A stretch of 64,000 bases of DNA, taken from positions 265,050,001-265,114,000 of the forward strand of contig OZ024740.1 in NCBI GenBank assembly GCA_964016885.1, given 5' to 3'. Both the position numbers and the translations under genes were made by a program. The DNA comes from Eledone cirrhosa. Lineage: Eukaryota. Positions 40,950 to 54,964 of this stretch are shown in pieces; within the stretch, counting starts at the first letter, position 1; every line of letters begins with the position of its first letter. A model generated the notes under the pieces. The model was not told the origin of the DNA and searched no databases. It worked only from the letters and a program-made list of their open reading frames with translations.

Positions 40950-42321
40950 ATATTTAATACTAACAGCTAGAAGAAATCTTATTAACTTCAACAACGAGTA
41001 TTGGACCCGCTCAGATAGAAATAGAAACTTTGATATTACCATGGGGGCATCTGATTCAGCGCAAATCACATATCTTCTGGGTATTTTCATATTAAATATG
41101 ATAAATAGAAAACTGCCGGAGATTACCGGTGGTTTGTATAGGGACGACATTTTATTTACGATGGTCAAACACAACAATATTAAACTAAATAGAGTAAAGA
41201 AAAGTATAATTGAATTCTTTAACCTTAAGTTAGAAGTAGAAAATGTTACCAAAATAGTTAATTTCCTTGATATTATGTTTAACTTAAACTCTGGATTTTA
41301 TTACCCTTTTCATAAGCCCAATGAAAACTTAAATTATGTTAGTTATTACTCCAATCACCCTAAGTCAGTAACAAAATCAATTGTAAATAGTGTGCAAAAA
41401 CGTATTGACAGAATATTGCCAATAAAGCAATATTTGATGAAAATGCATGATACTACAATGAAGCGCTAAAAAGAGCAGATGAGAATAATATAGAATATGT
41501 AGATAATAATAATCCAAGTGTTAATCCTAATAAAAATAATGACATATATAAACGAAATTCTAATAATTATAGTTCAAACACCTATACGGTGAACAAATCG
41601 AGGAAAAGAACCAGAACTAAATCAATTATATGGTTTGCCCACCACCCTGCTTCCGTAGCAGTAAGAAAACCAATAGCAAACCTATTCTTTAAAGATTTGG
41701 ACAGCTCTTTCCCTAGTCAACATAAATACCATTCCATTTTTAATAAACACACTATTAAATTATCTTATTCTACAACTATGAATATGGCCCAAAACATTGC
41801 TAAAATAAACAGTAAAATTCTAAAGCAGAATAAGCATAATGATTTTAATAATAGTGTTAACATAAATAATAATAAATCAAAATGTAATTGTAGAAATAAA
41901 CAAGATTGCCCTCTGCAAAATAATTGTTTCGACAGTAATTTGGTGTATAAATGCACCGTAAAAACTGATAACAACACATATAACTACATAGGAGCGAATT
42001 CTTCTACATTTAAGGCTAGATTTGCGAATCATAAATGCTCATTTTCGAATTCTAATAGGAAATCATCGACTTCTTTATCACAGCTTATATGGTCATTAAA
42101 AGACAAAAATTTAAAATACTCCATCTTTTGGACGAAACTTTGTAATAGTGGAGTTTATCTCAAGTATATCAAGTAACTGCGCTCTCTGTACAATGGAGAC
42201 CTTATTGATAATTAATAATTATGAAAACTTAATTAACAAAAAAAGTGAATTATTCTCAAACTACCTTCATAAAGCTTTGTCTACATTCCAAGCTTCGCAT
42301 AAGGTCAGGAAAAAACAGTAA
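40950..42321 (+). pseudogene. Frameshifted PLE RT (C-terminal half) + GIY-YIG endonuclease
   Basis: FDITMGASDSA, GLYRDD, VNFLD, SNHP, CNCRNKQDCPLQNNC, LVYKC..NYIG, CALC..E, INKKSE; frameshifts near 41415 and 42172. Confidence 0.88.
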
Positions 42322-42701
42322 GCAACCAAGCCTGGTTTTTAGGCGTACATCATCAACTGTTGAAAATTTAAATCATAATGGCTTATAAAACTTTAATAAT
42401 GGAAATAATGTTTGAATGAATGACACTTGTTTAATAACATGTTGGCAGGTTGATATACATAACCTACGGCTTTTTGGATATTATTAATTTTCATCCAGAC
42501 CTTTATTTTTCTATCTCTGTTTTAAATATAGTTTAACTATCTAACCCATAAATTTTTACGGACCTTAATTTGAACCGTGGATCATTCATGCGTTTACATT
42601 TATATGTATGTATTTTATAATTATGCATGTATGAATCTATTATCAAAGATTATAATCGTTATCCTTTACTAAATGTATACCGTCTCATTAATATTAGTAT
42701 A

Positions 42702-42910
42702 TCTCTCTATATGTAGTTTGTGCAAATATGTTTATATTGTATAATAACATAATCATAATTATAGTTCGGTATATCTCTGTATATAGTTTTGTGTAAATAT
42801 GTTTATAATGTATAATAACATAATCATAATTATAGTTCGGTGTAACTCTATATATAGTTTGTGCAAATATATTTATATTGTATAATAACATAATCATAAT
42901 TAAAGTTCGG
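42702..42910. repeat. ~67-bp minisatellite x3 in the PLE1 3' UTR
   Basis: TGTATAATAACATAATCATAATTA(T/A)AGTTCGG repeated three times. Confidence 0.85.
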
Positions 42911-43537
42911 TCTTCCCTAGAAGGTAGAACTAATGTAGTGATTAAATATAATATATGAACAAATAATAAAAAAAATATAATTTATAGTCCTCTTATTGTG
43001 ACCAATGCACACACACATATATATATATAGCTGAAAACTCTGGTTTAATTATTATACTTTAGACACTATAACTATTTAACAATAAATTCCTTGATAGTTA
43101 TAACAGCAAATAAATTATACATACGGAAAATGTTGACATTGTTACTAGTAATTTTGTTAAACATTACCTTTGTGTGAATATTGAACAGAATATATTTTTC
43201 TTTCGCGGGCCTAGCAAATCCTTTAAATTTGTTTTCATAAAACTTTGAATTTTAAAAATTTAACACATTTATAAAATTTATAAAATTTATAAAACCATCA
43301 ACTTTTAAAACCTAAAATTTTGATTCTTTACCCTAAAATAACATAAATTAAATATTTTGAAATTTAACTGCCAACATGTTTATATGTGTCCGAAGAAAAT
43401 GTGTGCATAAATTACTCCCCTTTATCTCTCCCTCTCTTTAATTATCTATCAGTTGCATTCTCAAGCTAAAAACTAAAAAATGATAACTCTTGATACGTCT
43501 TCCTCTATAGTCCTACTGTAGTATTCCAGACTTTAAA

Positions 43538-44521
43538 GGCTTTAGAGGCCAATCTCTCGGTCGTTAATTACCTCGACGTTACCCTCAATTTATTGAATGG
43601 GTTGTATTACCCGTATAGAAAGCCGAATGATACGCTTAATTACATAAGTAAGCATTCCAACCATCCTGCCAGCATAACCAAGAACCTGGTAAGAAACGTT
43701 TCGTTGAGGCTTTCCCGTCTTTCCACCAACGAGCGCATTTTCAACGACCATTCCACTTATTACAATGAAGCTCTTGCTCGAAGTGGATTTGTCGATAAGG
43801 TAGCATATAAAGTGTACGAAAATATACCTAGAAGAAATAGATCCCGTCGCATTTGTTGGTTTAACCCATCATATAATATGGAGGTGGCCACACCATTAGC
43901 TAAGATCTTTCTTTCCCTTATTACGAAGCATTTTCCCCCTACACATAAATATAGTAAAATTCTTAATAGAAATACTATTAAAATTTCTTACTCTACGACT
44001 CCTAACCTTTCACATAACATCACAGCTTCACATTTAGCTAAACTACCTAGCCGTAGGAACACGTGCAACCCTGTAGGAACTGTAATTGTAGGAATCGGGC
44101 TGATTGCCCCCTATCCGGGAAATGCCTCTCTAGTAACATTGTCTACAAATGTAAGGTTGTAACACCCACGTCCCGTAGGGCCTACATAGGGTTAACCGCC
44201 AATAGTTTCAAGCAGCGTCTTTACATGCATACCCATTCTTTTCGTTACCCTCTAAGAAGGAATATGACGTCATTTTCAGCTTATATCTGGAGTCTAAAAG
44301 ACAACCACACCCAATATAAGTTACACTGGGAGATCCTAGCTAGGGCTAGATCGTATATCGGAAATAAAAGACCATGTGACCTCTGCGCCGCTGAGGCCCT
44401 GGAAATACTCTACGCTACAGACCACATCTTAAACAAAAAATCTGAGGCAATTTCAGCTTGTAAACATAAATTGCATAACACTTTCCTGTATTACAGCCCC
44501 ACGTTATACCTTAACGGATAG
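43538..44521 (+). pseudogene. PLE RT thumb + GIY-YIG endonuclease, one frameshift near 44060
   Basis: VNYLDVT, SNHP, WFNP, CNCRNRADCPLSGKC, IVYKC..AYIG, CDLCAAE, LNKKSE..CKH. Confidence 0.88.
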
Positions 44522-45449
44522 CACGATCTATACGTGGATATTTTACGTCTTAATGTGGGAGCTAAGTATATGTTTTGTTTATTCCTTTACGTATTTGCAT
44601 AGGTAAGTATATATTACCCGTATGTTTTGTGAAGGTATGTATACCTTCTCGTACGTATATTTGACTGTTATAGCGTATAATTTTTACATATTCTGGTATT
44701 TAGGGTTTGGCTATGTGTATACGGGAGTTTTGCGTCCGCGTGAGTGTGCAGGTTCGTACGTATGGTGGGTGTGTGTATATGTGTACTTCTTGTTTCAGTT
44801 GACTTACATCTCCGAACATTCGTGTATTTATATGTAGATATGCGTGTGCGCTTGTTATATACGTATTTATTTACTTATATACGTTTATATAATTATTTAT
44901 TTATTTGTACACAAACATACACACACACACACATTTATATGTGCGTGGTTTTGTATACCCATGGTAAGGTTTTGCGTATGCTTGTGTATGTACGTATCTG
45001 TTTGCGTGTATGTATTTATTTGTTCCTATTACTTCTGTATTGTATTTATTTACTTTGTTCTTAACTCTGTAGCGGAGATTCATTTGGTCTCCTAGTTAGA
45101 ATTTTAGTCTACGATTTCTGCTATACCATTTACGTGGTTTTGTCTTTGCGTGCTATTGTTCTCCACGCTCCACATATGACTTATTATCTTCGTTTTTTCG
45201 TTCATTGCCAGAGAACGTCTCTATGCACCACTTAAGAGAACATTAGTCTACGACCTCTTTTATACCATAAACGTGATTTTGTCTTTGCGCGTAATTGTTT
45301 TTCACCGCTCCTATTAATGACGTATTATTCGTTTTTTCCCGTTCTTTGCCAGCGAACGTTACCACGAACCAAAGTATCGTCTTCCTGTCTTCCTCCGGTT
45401 GCAACGTTTTTTGAAATATCCAGTTCTGCATTTACAGATTGACTTTGTT

Positions 45450-45500
45450 AGTTTCAGAAGATCCCGTTAAGGGTGAAAGCAGCGATTCTTTGCTTAAACT
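45450..45500 (+). ncRNA. Variant hammerhead in the PLE2 pLTR (U4A core, CUU site)
   Basis: AGUUU-CAGAAGA-UCCC GUUAA GGGU-GAAAGCA..UGCUU-AAACU. Confidence 0.5.
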
Positions 45501-45606
45501 TTAATCTGTTATTTTAATAAATATTTGCTCTACGGTTCTTATATATTTGATATAAATTTTCCTTATCGAGCCCTCTTTTGATTTTAGTCTTCAATTTTAT
45601 TATTAT

Positions 45607-45758
<152 letters not shown>

Positions 45759-45785
45759 GTATATATATATATATACATATATAAG

Positions 45786-45853
<68 letters not shown>

Positions 45854-46932
45854 GTGAGTAAGAGTGGGGCAGGTAGAGAAATATATATATATTTGTCAAT
45901 TAACGAAGCATTAGGTAAATTTCCGTTTTGAAAATGTGTTTGGTTCTTTCTGTAATTCACAATGCAGATAACTATAAGTAATATTTGAGAAAAATAAATT
46001 ATTATTAAATAAGTCTGGTAAAGCAACCTTGGAGAGGGAAAAGGTCGAGAAAGTTACTGCGGGAATCGAATCATAACACAAAATTATAACAAGTAAATAT
46101 AACAGAAAGTGGTAAAGTAAAGTAATATCATAATCTTATTCAAAATGTTGTTAGTGTTGAAAACACGTAACCTAACAGTTAGAAAGAAAGACTTCGCTAT
46201 ATCTTTAATATGATGACAATTTAGAATGTTTAATGACCCATACTCTATGTGTCTGGGGGTTTCTTTAAATGATAGTTGTTTTTTCTACTAATATTTTTAT
46301 AGATAGACGTAGAAAAATTTTGTGTCAATATATATCAGTTCTCGCTCACAATTAATATTTTCGAATCAATAAGTTTAGAAGACACAAAACTGTAATCCCT
46401 TGAGTGTTGGCCATCATTTAATATATACCTATCAATTTTATAAATTCATATTTCATGCTGTTATAAAAAATGTTTCATTCCAAATACTTTTTTTTTTTTT
46501 TTTTTTGTCTTTCTAATCTGCCTCAAAATTCAGTTTAAATCAATTTCAAATACACGCTTGTCGTTATTTTATTGTCTAGAGAATTGTGTACCAAATGTTG
46601 ACAAGGAACATTTGAAAATCTGAACATACCTTCTGGGTGTTTTGTAGATTTTGATTGGATAACATAGAATGAAATTTCTACTCTAGGAAAATTTGCCGGA
46701 TAAATATTAATAATGCGTTGCTTATATTTAACACACATAAAAATATGCACATATATATAGACCTCTATGTATCACTCTCTCTCTCTATATATATATATCT
46801 ATATATATATATATACATACACAGAGACACACTCACACACCCACACACCTACTCAATTACACACACACACCACGCACACGCACACACACACACGCGCGTA
46901 CACACACACACACACCACACACACATACGCGT

Positions 46933-47036
<104 letters not shown>

Positions 47037-47690
47037 ATATATATATTTGGTTTGCTGACGTGCGAGAGCGTGAGAATGATATTTAGAAATATCTTTATGC
47101 TTGTGTTATATTTTGTGTCCGATTGTGTGTTTGTACGATTGATTTTGATCAAATTACTTGTTTCGTGCACAAGTTTAGCAAAGTCACTAGTCCTAATTGT
47201 TTACATATCTTCGGAACATTGTATTGTAGTTTGGGAACAGCTGATACCCTTTATTATAGTCAATAAAAAAATCACTCAAAATAACAATAGGATATATATA
47301 CGCCAGTAGTTCTCTGGGATTTGCATAGCCTAGTCCTTAAGCAACATAAGGTAAAAAAAAAAAAAGACGGAATGGTAGTAAACAGAATTCAATACACCAA
47401 GATGGTGCGTGATAAGTCCTAGCCTCTATTAGAAAATCGATAGTGTAAATGTATTGTAACAAGATATTCTATTGTTACACAAGAATAGCTGTCACCACAT
47501 TGATGAAATGTTCAGGCATCGATGTTTGGGGGGATTAAACACTTTCCTGTTACACTGCATACTCTCCAAACTTTTGCGCTTTGAATAAGCATTTGTATGG
47601 ACACTGCAACATAGTCTGAAGGGTGGTTGTTTTGCTAGTGACTAAAACTTCAATAGAAATCTCGAATAGTTTTGTATGACTTGTAAATAT

Positions 47691-47852
<162 letters not shown>

Positions 47853-48550
47853 TTCCGCTTTTGAATGAATCAAAACAAGGCTAGCAAAACATTAGCTGAA
47901 GCATGTATTAACAAAGACGAACATCTAATAGTTACTAGTTGATTTGGTGCAGTTGGTGAAAAAGCCATTTTTGGCAACATTTAATGAATAGGAAAATATA
48001 GAAATTAGGCTCATTTCAAATTTGTTGGGGATATATACTGGGTATAGTTAAACAACTCTGGGATATTCAGATACTATCATTTTTATAACATCAGTTATTT
48101 ACAGATATTCAACTGCGTGGTGGGGATTTTATCCGACCAAAAGAGGAAGTTCTCAATAACACTAATCACAGTCTTACATATAACATCAAATACAATCAAC
48201 TTCTTTCTATTTACTTGCCTGTTTATACTTGTTTGTGTGTACTACTTCTCTCCCTTACATATTTGGTGTAGGCCAGAACAGAGGAGGGACACAAAATTAA
48301 AACCCAGTCACTAAGGAGGTCACAAAATGTGTAACGAAAGAGCTTTGCCAATATATAAACAACCACACGGTTATGGAACCAACCAACCGTAAATTTCTAA
48401 TAAATTGAAGTGAAAACCAATAGACTCGTGTGTTTGTGTGTTTTTATTGGCAGTAAACAATATTTGTTTAAACATACGTTTTCAGATAAGAAATCTTGCA
48501 AATCAAATTCAAAAAACGAAGTATATATATATATGCATATATATATATAC

Positions 48551-48658
<108 letters not shown>

Positions 48659-48676
48659 ATATATTTATATATATAA

Positions 48677-48763
<87 letters not shown>

Positions 48764-48764
48764 T

Positions 48765-49025
48765 ATAAATGAGAGGTATAGAGATTGTTTTAGCAAGAAG
48801 CTAACGGCATTCTATAACATATATGCGACTATAACGTCAAGATGGGAAAAGTAGTTAACGAAAGATTTAGGAAAAATAATTCAAACTCATCTCAAAAGAG
48901 AATCAGGATATAAATTCATCCACAGAATTTAGTAAAATCCAGGGAAAAATCTATAGACCTTTAACTCATGATAAAATACAGTTTGAAACACTTATCCTTC
49001 AATTTGGAATAACATCAAATGCTCT
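48765..49025. repeat. Dispersed (TA)n-embedded repeat
   Basis: Homolog of 14445-14635. Confidence 0.7.
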
Positions 49026-49053
49026 ATATATATATATATATAAATATATATTC

Positions 49054-49086
<33 letters not shown>

Positions 49087-49097
49087 AATATATATTC

Positions 49098-49130
<33 letters not shown>

Positions 49131-49207
49131 AATATATATTTATATATATAAATATATATATATATATAAATATATATTTATATATATATATATAAATATA
49201 TATTTAT

Positions 49208-49257
<50 letters not shown>

Positions 49258-49273
49258 ATAAATATATATTTAT

Positions 49274-49326
<53 letters not shown>

Positions 49327-49426
49327 AATATATATTTATATATATAAATATACATATATATATAAATATATATTTATATATATATAAATATATGTTTATA
49401 TATATATATATAAATATATATATATA

Positions 49427-49532
<106 letters not shown>

Positions 49533-49584
49533 AATTAAATCAAATGTGTAAAATTTGGCTTCGTTTATTATAAATTATAGATAT

Positions 49585-49639
49585 ACTGCTATATATATTT
49601 CGGTGACAGCCATCATTGGCTGTGACCTCTTCAGGCAGT
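49585..49639 (-). ncRNA. Type-I hammerhead (C·C subclass)
   Basis: ACUGC-CUGAAGA-GGU C ACAGCCA AUGA UGGCUGU C ACC-GAAAUAUAUAUA-GCAGU. Confidence 0.85.
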
Positions 49640-49855
49640 CCGAATTGGTGTGGGAAAGGGAGGTACACATGTTGTTGAAGTGTGTTTTACTCCATCAATA
49701 CATCGATATGTCCAGCTCCTCTAAGGAACTGGAACCATATGATTCCAGTTCCCTAGAGGAATAACAACACACCCTGGAGTTTGACATATCGATGTATTGA
49801 CGGAGTAAAACACACTTCAAAAACATGTGTACCTGTCTTTCTCACACCAATTCGG

Positions 49856-49910
49856 ACTGCCTGAAGAGGTCACAGGCAATGATGGCGGTCACCGAAATAT
49901 TTATTGCAGT
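49856..49910 (+). ncRNA. Type-I hammerhead (C·C subclass, mutated stem II, AUU site)
   Basis: ACUGC-CUGAAGA-GGU C AC..GU C ACC-GAAAUAUUUAUU-GCAGU. Confidence 0.7.
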
Positions 49911-50058
49911 ATATCTATAAACGAAGCCAAATTTTACATATTTGACTTAATTATTTTACATTACTCCGGAGTAAACAAACCAAGTTGCGTACTTCATCGA
50001 GTGCTCCAATCTGCATACTGAGGTCAACAACAAACATATACTCCATATATATATATAT

Positions 50059-50768
50059 ATGTCTTTAAAGCGAAGAAATACCAATGAAGGCTGGAAAATC
50101 ACTGATGAAGGACTAAATTTATTCATATGTACCCCAAATGCAACCACGCAGCACGTCATGTTTTCATATATTTATATATCTTCCTTCGCTGTGACCCGTC
50201 TGTTTCTTTTTTACTGCTTCCCCTTTCTCCGTATCTCTCACTTCCTTTTACACCCTCTGCCAGTCACTCTCTCTCTCACTGGTAGCCTCTTCCACACACT
50301 TTCACTCATCTCTGTTACTCCCTCTGCTACTTCCTCTCGTTTGACCTGTGCGAAATTCTTTCCTCACTCGCATTTCGACCAGGTCGGATGGTCTTTATTC
50401 TCTCTCGTCTACGATTTCACAGAACTTATGTTCATCGATTTCAGGGACTTGACTCCTTCTTCCTCCCGTTTGACATGTGCGAAATTCTTTCCTCACTTAC
50501 ATTTCGACCAGGTAGGATGGTCTTTATTCTCTCTCGTCTACGATTTCACAGAATTTATGTTAATCGATTTCAGGGACTTGACTCCTTCTTCCTGACTTTT
50601 CGTTGCATTACCATCTTTGTTTGTTTACTGTCTCGCTGCTCGTTCCCCATATTTACGTGTCCCAACGACTTTCTTTAGCCGTTGCTCGCAACGACCAGAG
50701 GTATATTGTCTTTAAATCGATGAAATACCAATGAAGGCTGGAAGATCACTGATGAAGGACTAAATTTA

Positions 50769-50775
<7 letters not shown>
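50059..50775 (+). repeat. (TA)n-embedded element with ~70-bp terminal direct repeats and an internal 129-bp tandem duplication
   Basis: GAAATACCAATGAAGGCTGGAA(A/G)ATCACTGATGAAGGACTAAATTTATTCATAT at both ends (~647 bp apart); 50331-50459 repeated at 50460-50588. Confidence 0.75.
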
Positions 50776-50822
<47 letters not shown>

Positions 50823-50980
50823 TATATATATATATATGAATATATATTTGTTTCAATTTATCGTTTTCGGTATGCCTGACCGATTTAACTCACTCAATAT
50901 GCAAATTAGGCTGCTCAGCCGTTAATTTTCATAAGGAAAGTATATACTTTCGAACGTTCAACTATCTGGCAGATGGGTAC

Positions 50981-51023
50981 ACGGTGCTGATGATAGCTAA
51001 CAAGCTTGAAACTAGTACATCGT
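50981..51023 (+). ncRNA. Minimal type-I hammerhead (unit 1)
   Basis: ACGGUG-CUGAUGA-UAGCU AACA AGCUU-GAAACUAGUA-CAUCGU; predicted cleavage after 51017. Confidence 0.88.
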
Positions 51024-51444
51024 TCCTGTGTCAGTGTTGAACAAAAAGGTGACGTGGTTGCCTTAACACCGTATGGCATAAATTCAGGCTGTTCAGTTTG
51101 TTTACAAACGAACAAAGCGACGTTAGCGCCGCTAAACTGATACGTGCATATATGTATGTGTACCTGTATGCATATGTATATATATGTGTATATATATATA
51201 TGTGTGCATGCTACTGTACGTCTGTATACATATATGTATGTACGTATACATGCATACTTACATTTAAGTAAGTGCCATACTAAGAGTGAGAAATGAAATT
51301 TCGTTTTCATTTTGTTTCAATTTATCGTTTTCGGTATGCCTGACCGATTTAACTCACTCAATATGCAAATTAGGCTGCTCAGCCGTTAATTTTCATAAGG
51401 AAAGTATATACTTTCGAACGTTCAACTATCTGGCAGATGGGTAC

Positions 51445-51487
51445 ACGGTGCTGATGATAGCTAACAAGCTTGAAACTAGTACATCGT
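51445..51487 (+). ncRNA. Minimal type-I hammerhead (unit 2)
   Basis: Same sequence as unit 1. Confidence 0.88.
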
Positions 51488-51908
51488 TCCTGTGTCAGTG
51501 TTGAACAAAAAGGTGACGTGGTTGCCTTAACACCGTATGGCATAAATTCAGGCTGTTCAGTTTGTTTACAAACGAACAAAGCGACGTTAGCGCCGCTAAA
51601 CTGATACGTGCATATATGTATGTGTACCTGTATGCATATGTATATATATGTGTATATATATATATGTGTGCATGCTACTGTACGTCTGTATACATATATG
51701 TATGTACGTATACATGCATACTTACATTTAAGTAAGTGCCATACTAAGAGTGAGAAATGAAATTTCGTTTTCATTTTGTTTCAATTTATCGTTTTCGGTA
51801 TGCCTGACCGATTTAACTCACTCAATATGCAAATTAGGCTGCTCAGCCGTTAATTTTCATAAGGAAAGTATATACTTTCGAACGTTCAACTATCTGGCAG
51901 ATGGGTAC

Positions 51909-51951
51909 ACGGTGCTGATGATAGCTAACAAGCTTGAAACTAGTACATCGT
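51909..51951 (+). ncRNA. Minimal type-I hammerhead (unit 3)
   Basis: Same sequence as unit 1. Confidence 0.88.
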
Positions 51952-52247
51952 TCCTGTGTCAGTGTTGAACAAAAAGGTGACGTGGTTGCCTTAACACCGT
52001 ATGGCATAAATTCAGGCTGTTCAGTTTGTTTACAAACGAACAAAGCGACGTTAGCGCCGCTAAACTGATACGTGCATATATGTATGTGTACCTGTATGCA
52101 TATGTATATATATGTGTATATATATATATGTGTGCATGCTACTGTACGTCTGTATACATATATGTATGTACGTATACATGCATACTTACATTTAAGTAAG
52201 TGCCATACTAAGAGTGAGAAATGAAATTTCGTTTTCATTTTGTTTCA

Positions 52248-52278
<31 letters not shown>

Positions 52279-52281
<3 letters not shown>

Positions 52282-52712
52282 GGAAAAAAATGAAATTTCA
52301 TTTCTCACTCTTAGTACGACTGATACTTAAATATAAGTATGTACATACATATATGTATAGAGGCGTACAGTAGTATGTATATACATACATACATGCACAC
52401 ATATAGATATATGTACGTGTATGGGTTTACTGAACATTTATTATAATGCTCGGTTTGTTTGTAAACAAACAGCCCGAATTATTAGCCGTACATTGTTCAC
52501 CAACCATCGTTGCCATTTTGTTCAACACTGACAAAGGAACGATGAACTAGTTTCTAGCTTATTAGCTGTCAACAGCACTGTATACTTTCCTGTCAGTTGA
52601 TTGAACGTTTGAAAGTATACACTTTCCTTATGCATATTAACGGATGAGCAGCCTAATTTGCATATCGAGTGAGTTAGTCGGCCGGGCGTACCGAAAATGA
52701 TAAATGGAAAAA
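52279..52712 (-). mobile_element. Diverged inverted monomer of the same retrozyme-like family (mutated hammerhead at 52539-52581)
   Basis: Reverse-complement homology to the 464-bp unit; core CUGUUGA, GUU site. Confidence 0.75.
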
Positions 52713-52976
52713 ATATATGTATATATATATATGCAAAAGTTCTATTTAAAATTGTTGGGATACAACAAGTAAATATTTTTATAACTGATATAAAGCACTC
52801 GACAAGTATTTGGAGTAGATATACGATATTAATAAATGGAAACTATATTTATAAAACCATATTTATTTCATTATACATATTTCAGGGATACCAAAGTAAA
52901 TTAGACGGCTTCCAAAAATAATGGTTGCATATTAAACGGGTACGTCAAAGCTTATTTGTAAAACTGTTATATATTG

Positions 52977-53041
52977 TATTTTGTCTGATGAAGGCATACC
53001 ATAATTTAATTTGGTATCCCTGAAATATGTATAATGAAATA
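52977..53041 (+). ncRNA. Type-I hammerhead (C·C subclass) in inverted pLTR pair 52735-53082
   Basis: UAUUUUGU-CUGAUGA-AGG C AUACCA..UGGUAU C CCU-GAAAUAUGUAUA-AUGAAAUA; arms 52823-52895/53010-53082. Confidence 0.78.
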
Positions 53042-53080
53042 AATATGGTTTTATAAATATAGTTTCCATTTATTAATATC

Positions 53081-53119
<39 letters not shown>

Positions 53120-53368
53120 AATCACTGTGTATGATTCGGGTCTCCTTTGGCCTTCATCGAGAATAACTTCAGAAACTGTGGATTGAAAATCTTTCTAAAC
53201 CTGTAAACGAATGTATTAATATATTCATAGATTAAACTCTATTTCCTGGCATAGCGCTAACTTTATCTAGTTACTGATCACTTTTATTTCTTCAAACGAA
53301 CACATGAACACATATCAGATGTGTGTTTGTGTGATTTTGTCTGTGCGCATCATGTGTCTGTCTGCCTC

Positions 53369-53416
<48 letters not shown>

Positions 53417-53604
53417 TGCGTGCGAAGTACATCGTAAATGCTTAATGTACGTGAATGCTTAATGAGTGAAAGTTGTAAAACACAAACTGCGTAATATTCC
53501 AGAGTATGAACTTGTTACGTGAAATAGCTTGGGAGAAACTCTTCAAGTGTGTATTTCAGATTGCATATATATGTGTGTATATATGCGTATATATATGTAT
53601 ATAT

Positions 53605-53679
<75 letters not shown>

Positions 53680-54964
53680 TATATATATATATCTGTGTGT
53701 GTGCATATATATATATATTTCACACAAATCTAATATATATATATATATATGTTGCGCGTGCGTGCGTCCGTATATATGTGTGTGTGGTGTGTGTGCGCGT
53801 GCGGCGCGCGCCCGTGTGGGGGTCTGTGTGTGTGTGCGTGTGCATGCGTGTTTGTGTGAGTTTGTGTGTAATGTAACTGAATGGACATTGCAAATTATTA
53901 TTGAAATCAATGCAACGTGTATACAAGTATGTAGTGAGCAAGCAAGAACGGTAGAATATAGTGAAAACTCGCAGGCAGTATTGTGAAAAACGTGTAAGAT
54001 GATTTAATAACAGTTAGTGGCATCGTGCACCACAAATGCTTTACATTCTTTCCCCCTGCAGCAATGATCACTGGTTGACCTCGTCCGTTAAACTCTAATG
54101 GTTGGCTTCTGGTTAGTTTTCTGCTTCAACAAGCTTCAATAATGACCAGCTATGACCTTTAATATTTTACAGACATCTATGTACATCTGCATGTACCTGT
54201 GTTTGTGCTGATACGTTTGTGTGTGTATGTGTGTGCCTGTGTGTGTGTATGGATATGTAAGTGTATCAATATATGTGTATGTTGGAAAATGAGCTAATAC
54301 GCCCATAGTCAAGATCGATCCCTTGCAGGTCATGTTGCTAACACTTGATGTATGTTCTGTTGACTAGAGGCGATTTCGTATTATTTGGTAGTGGTCGAAG
54401 TTAAAACTCTACTAGTCTTCTTAATAGTATTATATTACGATACAACTTTTCTAATTGGGTTTCGCTTTTTGTTTTTACATGAATGATTTCATGCCCTTGG
54501 TGTGCAAAACGACGCTAACTCATTCTCTGTTTTCTCTCTTTCTGTATTTACTAACTATATATAATAGCTGATCACTTGACCGTTGCTAGAGCCAAAATAG
54601 GAGAGGAAGTCATCAATCCAATGTCATGTTATCTTCGTTACTTGAATGTTTAGCTTGATCAGTTCCAGGTCAGCAGGGGAGCTGAGAAACTTTATAAACA
54701 GCTAACAAGCTCACTAAGCATCATGTAAAATTTGCGAACACTTGCATGACCTCCTATAAATCATCTTCATTAATAAGATTTTTAGTTTATTTCAGATTAC
54801 TGGGTTACGTCATATTTTCTAAATAATAGACTCGCCTTCTTCATCCACCATTCTTGTTAGTAGTAAATATCCGCTATATTTATTCATTTATCTTTATAGA
54901 ATTACTACTACTACTACTACTGATGATGATGTTGATGATGATATTACGATACTACATGCATATA

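Larger units (their letters stand above)
40378..43537 (+). mobile_element. Penelope-like element 1: inverted 3' end (40378-40958) + 5'-truncated body + long 3' UTR
   Basis: 40762-40958 is the reverse complement of 43348-43537; hammerhead in the inverted part; RT/GIY-YIG body in between. Confidence 0.85.
50847..52253 (+). mobile_element. Tandem array of three 464-bp hammerhead-bearing units (non-LTR retrozyme-like)
   Basis: Units start at 50851, 51315 and 51779; apparently identical; non-coding; (TA)n flanks. Confidence 0.88.

Noticed and set aside
41448-41450. In-frame TGA in the PLE1 thumb region as possible selenocysteine
   Set aside because: Aligns to a non-Cys position in PLE2, and the copy has other frameshifts; more likely decay
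50915-52238. Three identical 131-aa minus-strand ORFs in the 464-bp array
   Set aside because: No recognisable domain, partly microsatellite-derived and not preserved in the diverged copies
50847-52253. CRISPR-like or spacer-bearing array
   Set aside because: Units are full-length identical with no variable spacers; eukaryotic context, no cas genes
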